Shown here: positions 42,519 through 52,600 of the stretch, one piece after another
Position numbering within the stretch: position 1 is the first letter of the stretch
Layout of the letters: every line of letters starts with the position of its first letter
Origin: a virus
Taxonomy: Duplodnaviria; Caudoviricetes
Reading direction: 5' to 3' (one strand)
IMG/VR virus record: IMGVR_UViG_3300045581_000306
Location: 1-63,361 of that record
DNA length: 63,361 nt
The notes under the pieces: generated by a model
Seen by the model: the letters and a program-made list of their open reading frames with translations, nothing else
What the model was told of the DNA's origin: nothing
Databases searched by the model: none
Made by a program: the position numbers and the translations under genes

Positions 42519-43301
42519 TCAGTTGTTCAGCAGGTACTGCTCGGTGAGGTTCCAGAGTTGCTTGTTGACCTTGAAGTCTGTTGTAGGTGCTGTGACTCGG
42601 CGAATGCCAGAACCGGGGCGGCCTTTGACGAGGTTTTCTTGAACTCTGTTGAAGGTGTGCCAGAGGTTGGTTCCAGAGTCATTGTAGCGGCGAGCGCGGT
42701 TGAGGTAGAACAGGCGAGTGTCCCACTCCCGGCGATCTGCGTAGTCCGCATCCGCTTCAGGTTGGTCGTAGCGGAGCTTGAGTGCATCGACCAGATACTG
42801 CTGCTGCGCGGCAGGCGTGAGTTCCTTCTGTTTGAATAAGTGGACTCGTTCGGCGAGTTGCGGGACATTGTCGCGGAGAGTTGTAGCGGCATCGAGGAAA
42901 CGATTCACATCGACCGAGCGATGGTAGATTTTGATCGTCTCGAAAATGTCTCCGGTCACCAATCCGTTCAAGCAAGCGAAGACTTGCAAGCCAACGGAGA
43001 GTTGAGCGGAGCTAGTGCCATCATGCGAGTTGATCAGAACGAACTCTGGGGAGGCTTCGCCAGCAATTGTGATGTTGTCACGATGACCGAAACGAATCAG
43101 ATGCTTTTGGAATCCCTTGTTCTCGTCCTTCCTCGCTTTGGCGAGTTGGATTTGGCGAGGCACATAGCCGTTCTCTTGGAAAGAGGAAACGATCTGTTGG
43201 GTCGATATGAATCCGTAGCGTTCGCTACGAGTGGATGAAGCGTGAGTCGCTTCGACTGGGTTTGTGTTCACGATGTCGAGTGATGGGATGATGATGCTCA
43301 T
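42519..43301 (-). CDS. DUF932/DUF945 family protein (probable start MSIIIP)
   Basis: RSERY.FI.T; KHLIRF; LINSHDGTSS; CLNGLV; LW.TFNRVQEN. Confidence 0.85.
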   Translation of the reverse strand: MSIIIPSLDIVNTNPVEATHASSTRSERYGFISTQQIVSSFQENGYVPRQIQLAKARKDENKGFQKHLIRFGHRDNITIAGEASPEFVLINSHDGTSSAQLSVGLQVFACLNGLVTGDIFETIKIYHRSVDVNRFLDAATTLRDNVPQLAERVHLFKQKELTPAAQQQYLVDALKLRYDQPEADADYADRREWDTRLFYLNRARRYNDSGTNLWHTFNRVQENLVKGRPGSGIRRVTAPTTDFKVNKQLWNLTEQYLLNN

Positions 43302-43591
43302 TGTATTGGGTCTTTCTGTTGATGGGTTGTGTTCTGGGAGGAACAAAGATTAGAAGCTGAAGCTGCAATCGCAGTTGTCGCAGATTCCGTAGTCCACACC
43401 ATCTGTGCGAACATCGGTGGAGCGGCATTCTGGGCATTGTTGTGCGGTTGCCGTCTTGAACCATTGCTGGCGATTGTTAGCGATTTTGGTGAGGGTGTCT
43501 TGATCGTTGTCGAGGAGTGCTTCGATGATGTTCATTGTAGTGGGTCTTTCTGTTGATGGGTTATGTTCTGGGAGGAACAGAGATTAGAAGC
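43290..43591. repeat. 68-bp direct repeat (43290-43357 and 43524-43591; 4 mismatches)
   Basis: Each copy covers the upstream stop, the intergenic leader and the first four codons of the next gene. Confidence 0.9.
43350..43535 (-). CDS. 61-aa Zn-ribbon protein
   Basis: CPEC...CDNC; bounded by the 68-bp repeats. Confidence 0.7.
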   Translation of the reverse strand: MNIIEALLDNDQDTLTKIANNRQQWFKTATAQQCPECRSTDVRTDGVDYGICDNCDCSFSF

Positions 43592-43955
43592 GGATGAAGT
43601 GAATCGGGTCGCTCACATGGCAGCCAACGAGTCGAACTGTGAAGACTTCACCTTCGATCTCGACCTTTTGCCCATTGTGCAGTTCGACTGCTTCGGCAAT
43701 GTCCTTGAGGTATGCTGCGTGTGCCTCTGCCTTGCCGGGATAGTCTGCCGTCAGGCAAGCGGCATCTTGGTTTGTCCATGCTGTTGGGTGACCATTATTG
43801 ATTGCGCGTTGGTGCGCTTCCTCTTGGTTGTCGTTGTATTCAGCAGAATATCCGCGAGCGGTTCCAACCGAGATGCGTTGAGCGTATACTGGGAATCCAG
43901 CACCGCGAACAGTCTGGTTGTGTTGGAGAGTCAGGATGGAGTTTGTAGTGGTCAT
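43584..43955 (-). CDS. Early hypothetical protein (probable start MTTTNS)
   Basis: The longer ORF start lies upstream of promoter P3; A-rich leader before ATG 43955. Confidence 0.7.
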   Translation of the reverse strand: MTTTNSILTLQHNQTVRGAGFPVYAQRISVGTARGYSAEYNDNQEEAHQRAINNGHPTAWTNQDAACLTADYPGKAEAHAAYLKDIAEAVELHNGQKVEIEGEVFTVRLVGCHVSDPIHFIRF

Positions 43956-44011
43956 TTTTGTAGTTTCTATTTTTGGTTTGGTTCGTCGGCTTCGTGCCTT
44001 CGATGGGAATG

Positions 44012-44067
44012 ACAATATCGAACCTGCTTGGGTTTGCAACAGAAAAATAAAAATATTTTTTGTCATA
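44012..44067 (-). promoter_or_regulatory. Early promoter P3
   Basis: TATGACA...TTGCAA-ACCCAA-GCAGG-TTCGA-TATTGT. Confidence 0.75.
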
Positions 44068-44115
44068 GAAAAAATTCTTTTAAATTTCTATTGACACCCG
44101 CAGATGCCGATTAAA

Positions 44116-44286
44116 TCAGGCTTCGCAGGCTACCGCAACTTTGCGTGGTCTTCCACCCTTCATTCCATTGAGTGCTGCCGCCAATCTTTTTTTGTCGCTC
44201 GTTGCGCTTCCACCACGCTTTCCGATCTCCGAAAGGAATCGGCGTACAGGCGAGGGAAGAGGATCATTTTTCGTTTTTGTGTTCAT
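44116..44286 (-). CDS. Small basic KGG/AT-hook-like protein (start MNTKTK)
   Basis: SEIGKRGG...K..AA..NG.KGGRPRK. Confidence 0.7.
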   Translation of the reverse strand: MNTKTKNDPLPSPVRRFLSEIGKRGGSATSDKKRLAAALNGMKGGRPRKVAVACEA

Positions 44287-44416
44287 TAGATTTTTTGTGT
44301 GCTGACCAATCAATGGCAGCGAAGTTTTCTTGGTACTGCTTGGATTGCGTGTCGGTGCGGGGTTTGTCACCCTTTCCGTTTCTCGTCCACTCGCTGTCTT
44401 TAACTTTTTGGCTCAT
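44264..44416 (-). CDS. 50-aa protein (MSQKVKD...GKGDKPR...YQENFAAIDW)
   Basis: Manual translation; motif common in small phage proteins. Confidence 0.6.
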   Translation of the reverse strand: MSQKVKDSEWTRNGKGDKPRTDTQSKQYQENFAAIDWSAHKKSNEHKNEK

Positions 44417-44663
44417 CGTCGTTGAACTTTACGACATTGTCCGGTTCTTGTTTTCCGAGCGTGTCGCGGAGGTGCAACTGCTCTAGCAAAGCAGACGCAA
44501 CCATCAGGCGGAAGCTGAACAATTTTGTGTTGTGCATGAGATCATGGAACACATCGTCTTTGGTGATCTTCTCGAAATCAATCCCGGCGAGAACTGCCTC
44601 AACAGAGTTTTTGATTTCTTCCTCCGGTGTTCCCGGTGCTTCGTTGTTATTTTCTTTATTCAT
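44400..44663 (-). CDS. Hypothetical protein
   Basis: 87 aa, overlapping neighbours. Confidence 0.65.
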   Translation of the reverse strand: MNKENNNEAPGTPEEEIKNSVEAVLAGIDFEKITKDDVFHDLMHNTKLFSFRLMVASALLEQLHLRDTLGKQEPDNVVKFNDDEPKS

Positions 44664-44916
44664 TTATTTTTTGTCTTTCATCCAACATTGAATCCGCATC
44701 GCGGAACGATAGCTCCGCAACAAGACGCGAATCCGCTTGGCTAAATTTATCTGATGCTCGATATCCCTGCAAGGCGGAACCTGCAAACCAGTCGCGCATG
44801 GACATCCCAGAGTTCGGCCTAATCGGCGGACTCTGGCTTCCCTGAACCGGGAATGCTGGATGGTTGTGCGGCATGGCGCAGATATGCCATGACTGGCAAT
44901 GTAAAGCAAATATCAC
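44656..44916 (-). CDS. Conserved phage protein (PAFP...GMSMRDWFAG.ALQG...AD.ML.ER)
   Basis: Recognisable phage motif; start uncertain. Confidence 0.75.
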   Translation of the reverse strand: MIFALHCQSWHICAMPHNHPAFPVQGSQSPPIRPNSGMSMRDWFAGSALQGYRASDKFSQADSRLVAELSFRDADSMLDERQKINE

Positions 44917-45176
44917 TTCTCTTGTTCCCTTAAAGAGATGAGATGCTGAAGCAGGTACTCCTCTACTTGACCTAGAGCGTTGCGTTGCTCAATTCGATGT
45001 TCAAGTGCCTTGCTCCATGCGTCCGGGCCTTGCACATAATAGTCGCGAGAGTTGAACTCGATCTTTGCTAGTGCGTCCTGCGCGGCCCGTACGGCATCGT
45101 ATGCTGCCTCGTAGCCTGCCCAGAGGTCTTTGTAGCCTGTGCCGTTCAAGTGGACTGTTGGTGCGGTGATGTTCAT
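44913..45176 (-). CDS. Early hypothetical protein
   Basis: PTVHLNGT...NSRDYY.Q; MNIT start. Confidence 0.75.
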   Translation of the reverse strand: MNITAPTVHLNGTGYKDLWAGYEAAYDAVRAAQDALAKIEFNSRDYYVQGPDAWSKALEHRIEQRNALGQVEEYLLQHLISLREQEK

Positions 45177-45394
45177 GGTAAAAATCCTTCGATGATGTTG
45201 CTATGTCTTGCCCCTGTAGCCTCCTGCACCCATCGGTCGAGTGTCAGTTGCTTCAGGAAGCAAACAAGTACGCTATTGCCGATCTGGTGACTTGTGGCGA
45301 GGTCTACGAAGTAAAAGTACCCGTCACCATTCCCGATAATTTCGAGGTTCAGATGCTTGATAGCTTGGTTAATTTTTTTCTTGGTGATGTTCAT
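45173..45394 (-). CDS. Early hypothetical protein
   Basis: G.GYFYF; MNIT start. Confidence 0.7.
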   Translation of the reverse strand: MNITKKKINQAIKHLNLEIIGNGDGYFYFVDLATSHQIGNSVLVCFLKQLTLDRWVQEATGARHSNIIEGFLP

Positions 45395-45398
45395 GGTA

Positions 45399-45671
45399 TT
45401 ATTTCAATGTTGAGTTGTGGGCTTCGCAGAGTGCTTGCGCCTCTGCACGGGTTTTGAAACGAGCGAGTGCTGTTCCAGACACTCCGATCTCACAGGCGGT
45501 TTTAACGATGTAGTATTCACGCTTGCCCCGGTTGGACGAGCAGTAGGCAACAATCCATCGGGAGCGACGAGCAACCTCGATGTGTTCCAGAAGGAACTCG
45601 CGGAGGTGCGGGTATTCAGCTTTCTCCGATTGCGCGGCGAGCTTGGCGAGTGTTGTTTCGGTGATGTTCAT
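45399..45671 (-). CDS. Early hypothetical protein (probably leaderless)
   Basis: MNIT start, 6 nt after the -10 box. Confidence 0.7.
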   Translation of the reverse strand: MNITETTLAKLAAQSEKAEYPHLREFLLEHIEVARRSRWIVAYCSSNRGKREYYIVKTACEIGVSGTALARFKTRAEAQALCEAHNSTLK

Positions 45672-45677
45672 GTGAGT

Positions 45678-45722
45678 AGAATATCGAAGCGGGTTGGGTT
45701 TGCAAGAGGAATTTTTGTCATA
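45678..45722 (-). promoter_or_regulatory. Early promoter P2
   Basis: TATGACA...TTGCAA-ACCCAA-CCCGC-TTCGA-TATTCT. Confidence 0.75.
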
Positions 45723-45737
45723 GTGGATATCTATCTT

Positions 45738-46202
45738 TCAATTCACTCCCCAATTTCCTTCTCCATGCCGTGCGTCGAAAAGGCATTTGTAAAAGAGGTC
45801 TTTGTTCTTTTTGCAAATTCCCCTTGGGCTAACCTCAAAACCACCTTCTTTATTCACCCATACAAGACACTTTGCACCATTTGTGAGTGTCCCTTGAAAT
45901 TCAACATTGCTTGCAATAGAGTATGAAATTTGGGCTTTTGCCTTTTCCTTTGTGATCGATGCAACAGGAGCTTTGAGTCTGGTTTTGACATAAATGTAAT
46001 TAGGGTCTTCCAGATCATTGTTGTTCTGCTGAATGCGGAGCAGAGCATATGGATACAATTCATCCACTAATTTGCTTTCTCCTTCTGCCTTCACTTTTTT
46101 CTTGAGACTATGACAGTAGTCAAATGTATGAGGCGTATTGTCCAGATTGAATGGTTTTCGCTCGATCCAATTGATGTTTGATCCACAATATTTGCATTTC
46201 AT
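45738..46202 (-). CDS. Early protein with N-terminal CxxC...H...C Zn motif
   Basis: KCKYCG..I.W...P...D..PH...C. Confidence 0.7.
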   Translation of the reverse strand: MKCKYCGSNINWIERKPFNLDNTPHTFDYCHSLKKKVKAEGESKLVDELYPYALLRIQQNNNDLEDPNYIYVKTRLKAPVASITKEKAKAQISYSIASNVEFQGTLTNGAKCLVWVNKEGGFEVSPRGICKKNKDLFYKCLFDARHGEGNWGVN

Positions 46203-46251
46203 GGTTGTATTTTTTGGTTCGTCGTTGGCGTTGTGCCTCCGATCTGGGTTC

Positions 46252-46306
46252 AGAATACCAAATCCGCTTGGGTTATCAAGAATTATTTTTTGACTCTTGT
46301 GTCATA
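46252..46306 (-). promoter_or_regulatory. Early promoter P1
   Basis: TATGACA...TTGATA-ACCCAA-GCGGA-TTTGG-TATTCT. Confidence 0.75.
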
Positions 46307-46358
46307 AAAAAACCATTTATGCTTGACGCTTGATCAAAAACCCAAGTAGTCCGAAGAA

Positions 46359-46381
46359 CCGCATGAACACTAGTTCTGCGG
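46359..46381 (-). terminator. Hairpin directly downstream of tRNA-Met
   Basis: CCGCA-GAAC-TAGT-GTTC-A-TGCGG then TTCTT. Confidence 0.4.
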
Positions 46382-46384
46382 GGG

Positions 46385-46455
46385 TAGCAGGACAAGGATT
46401 TGAACCTTGAACTTCAGGTTATGGGCCTGACGAGATACCTTTTCTCTATCCTGCG
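46385..46455 (-). tRNA. tRNA-Met(CAU), initiator-like
   Basis: C1:U72 mismatch; TCAGG-CCCATAA-CCTGA; T loop TTCAAAT; CCA not encoded. Confidence 0.85.
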
Positions 46456-46460
46456 GAAAA

Positions 46461-46616
46461 TTATTTTTTGCGAGCAGCAGCAGCTTTTTTCGCTCGCGCC
46501 TTGCGCTGTACTGCGTAGGCAATCGCCACCGATTGTTTCACCGATTTTCCTGACTTTACCTCCGAGGAAACATTGCGATCAAAGCAATTTTGTGAAGCGC
46601 ATTTTCGTAGTGGCAT
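46461..46616 (-). CDS. 51-aa basic protein (MPLRKC...KQSVAIAYAVQRKA)
   Basis: Manual translation; MPL.K...N...E.K.GK..KQ.VAIAY motif. Confidence 0.7.
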   Translation of the reverse strand: MPLRKCASQNCFDRNVSSEVKSGKSVKQSVAIAYAVQRKARAKKAAAARKK

Positions 46617-46620
46617 AAAA

Positions 46621-49600
46621 TTATTCTACTGGAGATTTAATTCCTGTCAAAGGAGCAACCGGAGCTACAACCGGAGGCTTGAGATCGGCTAAAAGTTTTT
46701 CTGCTTTTGCCAATGCTACCTCGGCTTTTTGTTTAGCTTTTTGATCAGTTGGATCGACCTTTGCCAATTGATTCCTAGTCTCCTCTACTTTTAGTTCTGC
46801 TTTTTCTAGCTTCTTGTCTGCTTTCTTCGCATCTGCAATTGCCTTCTTTCGGGCGGCAACAAGTTGAGCGTACTCTTCTGGAGTTTTAGCATCTTTGATT
46901 TTTGTCAATTTCAACTCTGTGTCGTAAGGAACCAGTCGAACAATTTCTTTTTTCTTCGTGCCGTCTTGTTGCTCCACCTGACGCTCAAGTTGGAAAAGAG
47001 TCCCGTAACTCATCAATTCGGATACATTCTCTGCGGAGTCAGCGTAGTCGGCAGGCTCGGCCCCGGATACTTGCGCTCCATAAAGACCAAATAATTCTTT
47101 TTCATTGTACCAGAGTGCTGCCTGCATATCAGCAATGCTGATGTCAATGCCTTTTCTGCGAAGTTTCTTCTGGGCGATCTCCATGACATTTTGCTGGAAG
47201 TCACGCTCAAGATCGGTTCGTGGAGCAGCAACTGGATCAGATCGATTCTCAACCCAGTTTTTCGCAGCCCTACGGAGGTCGCTTTTCGTTTTGTATTGAC
47301 CAGACCTAAACCTGTCTTCAAGTGCTGTTGCGAAGTCCAGCATTCTTTGAGGATCATTGATCAACTCTCCAAATTCATTTTCGGTTAATCCCTCAAGTTC
47401 TGTTTCGTTGAAGTAATCAAACAAAATCTCCTTGCCTTCGCTATTAGTTTTCTTAACGAAAGGCTTGAATTCTCGACCATAGGATTCGGTTTTGTTCTTC
47501 CGATACTGTTCTAGCAATGCTTTTCGGAACGCATCGTACTGCTTTGCTTCTTTAAGTGATGCGTGTTGGAAAACATTCCCAAGAATTCTATTCCATGTCC
47601 GGGTGTACCACAGGTCTGCCGTGAGCGTTGAATAATCTCCATGCAGGTTATTGATGAACGATCCGATCTTTGGCCCAAAGACGCTAAACCCTGTCACCAT
47701 CTGATCTGACTTACCATCTACTGAAAGAGGTTCACCTTTAAAATAAAGGTTTTTATTTTTCTTCAGGTATGCGTTCCACTCGGAAACTGTCATTTTTTTC
47801 CTGAATATTTTGTCCAGAGTTTGCGTGTCGTTGTTTTTTAAAAGTTCATCGAGCTTCAGCAAATTGTTTTCAATAGCCCTAGTCTGACCTCCAAAAGTGT
47901 CATACAATAATTCTTCGCTTGCTATCTCTGGCAAGGTCTTCCCGTTCTCCAAGAGGAACTGAATCCTTGCCGCCATCTTTCCATTCTCGAAAACATTGTT
48001 GCCCTGTGAGGTGATTCCCAGCACAGAATCAAACACGAACTCTTTATCGGCGTTATAATCTTTTGAATTGCGATTCAAGAATGGGAAATACTTCGCGTAT
48101 TCAGCCTTCATTCTTTTCAAAGCTGCATCATACCACCCAATGGCATTAGGAGCGTCAGGATTCTGCTTTGCTCGCTCCATGTGTCCTACAACTTCATCCA
48201 CGATAGTCTCTGAAATAATTTGCCCTGCCCGTGGACTGTAGTCGCCGGGAGCAATAAAACCATCGTCTGCGCTTCTGCGCTGCAAAGCGTACATGAGATC
48301 GTTTACCGAGGTCTTGAGCTTGCCGTCTTTGGTGTAGAATGATTCAGGCACGACAAATTTTTCTGTGCCTTCCAGAATTGGAGTCACAGATCGGCTCAAG
48401 CCTGTCGCGGGATACAATTGCTCGCGGATATAGTCCGCAACTTCCTGACCTAGTCCGTATCGTTCTGCGAATCGGTCTGGGTCGAAGGTGAATCCTTCGC
48501 CTGCGAGGGCTTTTGCGTACGGGACAAGAACTGAATCGATACCCCCTCGGAGTAATACGGAGAGTCCTCCGGTAGTGGCGTACTCCCTGCCAATGCCGCC
48601 TGCCTCCTCGCCTCTTCCCTGCTGATCTTGTAGATTTTTTTCATTTATTGATGCTCCTTTCAGCCAATCTGGAACTCTGGTGCTTCCATCTTCTGCTGTA
48701 AAGTCTGAAGTTGTGTCATAGTAAAAAGAATCAACAAGAGTGTCGTGGAAATTTTTAATTCCTGCCGCTTTTTGGATTTCACCAAGTTTATCATAAAATC
48801 CTTCAATCCCATCAAAGTTTGCCGCCTTGATGCCTTTGCCGTCAACAGTCACCGACAACCCATCAATGCCTACTTGTTTGGCCTTTTCAAAAGCCTTCAG
48901 GATTTGATCCTCGGTCAGTTTTTTATTGTGAACCAAGTAAACAGATGGCGCACCTTCAGTCAGGCCAATGCTGGGTTTCCAAGCAATGCCTGCGTCTTGC
49001 GTCATTAAAACAGACAACCATTTTGTTATCGTCTGCGCTTGATCCCATGTCATTCCCGGCGCGGAGAAGACAAAGCTAGGTTCAGCTTCAAATTTCCATG
49101 TTCCAAGAATATTATCAAAATTGATTCCTTCCAATCCTGCCGCACTAGCTACAAATTGCTTGAATTTTTTTGTCTTGAACAATGTGGCAACTGCACTTTG
49201 CAAGGATTTCAAAGCAGTTTCTCGATCTGCCGGGAACTTGAATGGTGCTGGAGTCATACCCCGTTGAAGTTCATTGATCCGTTTAGTCAATCGGTCTACT
49301 TGCGCTACTTGGATGGCATCGTCAATGGTAAATTCCTTGTCATCTTTTGCCATGAATTCCTGAAGAAATTGATCGACTTCTTTTATTCGACTCCGGTCTT
49401 CATCGGATTTATTTTGTTTATTCAAAAGATCGTTATTCTCCCACCAAAGATTGCCGATTTCCATTAAGGCATCCCGTTTTTTATTAAATTCTTCGCTGCG
49501 CGGAGCTAATGTTTCTAAAAGGTCTTTTTTGCGTTGCTCGGAAAGTTCTAGTTCGGGTTGCAGTTTGGCAACGGATGTATATTCAAACCCGTATTTACCG

Positions 49601-52600
49601 GGCTTCCCGCCGATCACAACAGAGAAGTCTCCAGCATCTTCCTTCATGGTTTTCTCAACTTGCTTTGGTAATACAGAAGCACGAACAGGAGGCTCGACCC
49701 CCTGCAAAGGCGGAATCATGTCAGAGATGCGGCGATAGGTTTGCGGTGCTTCCACGCCTGTCATGCCTTGCGGTTCTTGCTCTGCTGGCATGAACTGCAT
49801 AACCGGGCCTACAGGCTTATCGTTTTTTTCGAGAACCTTGATTAATTTATCGTCAAAAACAACATAGTTATGAGTTCCTTCTCCAGCACCTCGGCTTATC
49901 GCATCAAAGTATTGAATACCCGGAACTCCGCGAGATAGTAAAAAGTTAGATGCTTTGGGAGCGTCTTCTGTAGGTCTGCCACCAAAGGTATTAACTAAAT
50001 GTCTGTATGCTCCCTTTCCAGAAATCGACAAAGGGTCTGGCATCGGTTCTTTAAATCGCTCTAATTCTTCTGGCTTAAATGGTTTTCCACCAGCTTTTGT
50101 TCCTTTTTTAAGAATATATTCTCTTGCATCTGATATTTTTTTAAACTCGGAAATAATGGCAGGAAGAACAGCATCTTGAACAGTTTTGCTTTGTTCGCTT
50201 AATGGCTTATCCCAGTCTAGTAATTGTTCTGGTTTTACATCAAGATCAACAGAATAGAATGTTCCTTCGCTAAATGATTTTTTAACTATATTATTTGCTT
50301 TTTCTTTTAAATCATCTGGCAATGTTTGCGATATTTCAGATAAGTAATTAGCAAATTGACCAATGTCATCAATTGCATCTAACGAAAATACAGGTGCTTC
50401 AAGTTCGTTGTATGGGCCATTCCAGCTTAATCCTTTATCAATTCTACCTTGAAGTTGACGCATTACAGCATTTGCTTCTCTGATAGGCTTTTTAGATACT
50501 TCAGACAGTTTATCTCTGTAGGATTTTGCTACATTAGGATTTCCAGAGAAATACAGTCCATAGCCATAAGCCTGCGATCCCTCTCCAGAACCTATTTTAC
50601 TAATGCTGAATTCATCAAAGTCGTAAGGTGACCCGTGGAATGCAGGGAGAAATTGTATCCCGGCGGGTGCTACAACTGCGTTAGAAAATGCAGTTCCAGA
50701 ACGAATGCGGTCTTTTAATGATTGGCGATATTGAACAACATCATTTGCTGCCGCCTCGATTTGCTGATCGGTAACATTTTCTGGTATTTGTAATGCACCA
50801 GATGATTCAACTGTTGCACGAATATGCTGCGCGAGGGTCTGCGATTTATTGTCTACTCTGCCTGAATTGTAGTCATTTACTGCTGCCAGAATTACATTTG
50901 TTGGCTCATTCATCGTATCCACATCGGTAGTCTCCGGTGCTTCAACAATGTCTTCAGTTTCCGCTTCACGATCTTCCGCTTGCGAATCTAACTTTTGGTA
51001 AATTTGCTCAAGCTCGGATTCGTATGCATTAATATTTTTGTCAGTTCCTCCAGCAGCATACATTTTATCTAATTCTGAAGATAAAAATCTTGCTCGTTCC
51101 TGTGGCATCTCGACTTCAGTCTCTACAACTTCAAGAGATGGTTTTTCTGGTTCGCTTTCCATTGGATCGAACACAGCTTGCGTAGGATCAAACATGGAGC
51201 GAACGCGAAGTTTTCCATCTTGAACATCTACATACTCGGCAGGACGCAAAAGGTCTTGTTCGTGCAATTGCAGTTCCAGAGGCTCGACATTGCCTTGCGC
51301 GGCGAGTCGTGCTAGTTCGGCATCAACTTCCATGCCTTGAGCGAACTGCTCTGGAGTTTGTAATTCAGCAAATGGATTTTCAGCCGGGAGATAGTTTTGG
51401 ACTGCTAGTTCATAGCTGAACGGCATCTTCGGCAATGCGGTTTCATCATAGCTATTGACACGATCCATGCGCCGGGAGCGGATCACAACATCGCGGCTAT
51501 CCTGCCCTCTGCGTTTTGGCAATGTGGTTCTAGCTGGGTTAGCTTCGCGAGTTTCTTTGCGATAAACATTGAACAGGTCATTGATCCTATTCTTCATGTC
51601 CATCGCGACAGCAGGGTCTGGGTGCAAGCCAATATGCCCCTGCAAGCCTGCCTTGTGATTATGCAGGTATTGCCTGACAGAATCCCAGAACTTGGTCATG
51701 TCTCCACCCCACAGGCTCAAATTGCGAGGACGCTTTGCTGCCCATGCGTTCGCCTTATCGTGCATCCGCGACAACGACATTGTTGTCATCAAAAAATTGC
51801 CTTGCTTGTCAAACTGGAATCCAATTGGGATTTCAGTCCGCATCTGCGGTTGCAACGCACGATACTTCCCATCACGCAATGCCGCCTGATATTCGATCTC
51901 TACGATGCTTCCATCTTTGCGCCCCAAGATATCGTTAAAGAATGCAATCTTGCGTTTAAGCGATGGCGCAACGAGATCGTTTGGCAATGCATTGATTGCT
52001 GCAATCTGTGTTGGAGAAAGCGTCCCGCGATAATTGCCGTTGCCCGTGTCTTCCAACCTCACTCCAGAACCATCGTCTGGTGCTTCGTCAATAACTTTTC
52101 GGATTGCTTCACCACGCTTCTTTGCGCGGCGTTTGGATTCCCGTGGAGAAAGGATGCGCGGCGATCCATCGGCATTTCTGGCAATGCGCGTGTCAACAGA
52201 AATAGATGTGCCATCAGGCATCGCTTGAAGCGGGATGTCAGGCCCAAGTGAAATAGGATTGCCTTGCTCATCCACCAACTGACCATTTGCAAAGCGATAG
52301 TCGCTGACAAACGAATCAACTTTCGCGCCCGGAGGAACGACAATCTCTTGCGTCTGACCATCCGGGGTTGTCATTTTGACAACTTGTTCCTGCTCGAAAA
52401 AGTCAGAATGCTTGTAGCGTTCTTGCAAGACTCGATTAGTTGCCAACTCTGTCAAAGGAATCTCTGGCGCATCTTTTAACGGATCGGAATTATAAACCAA
52501 TGACTCGTTCAAATCGCGCAATCCTCGTTGGTATTGGCGCATCATTGCCATTGCCTCTGGGTTTAATTGCGCCCCAATGACAGATGAGAATTGACCTTGG

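Noticed and set aside
44090-44120. Plus-strand TTGACA as a divergent promoter for a repressor gene
   Set aside because: No convincing -10 at normal spacing and no credible plus-strand gene downstream.
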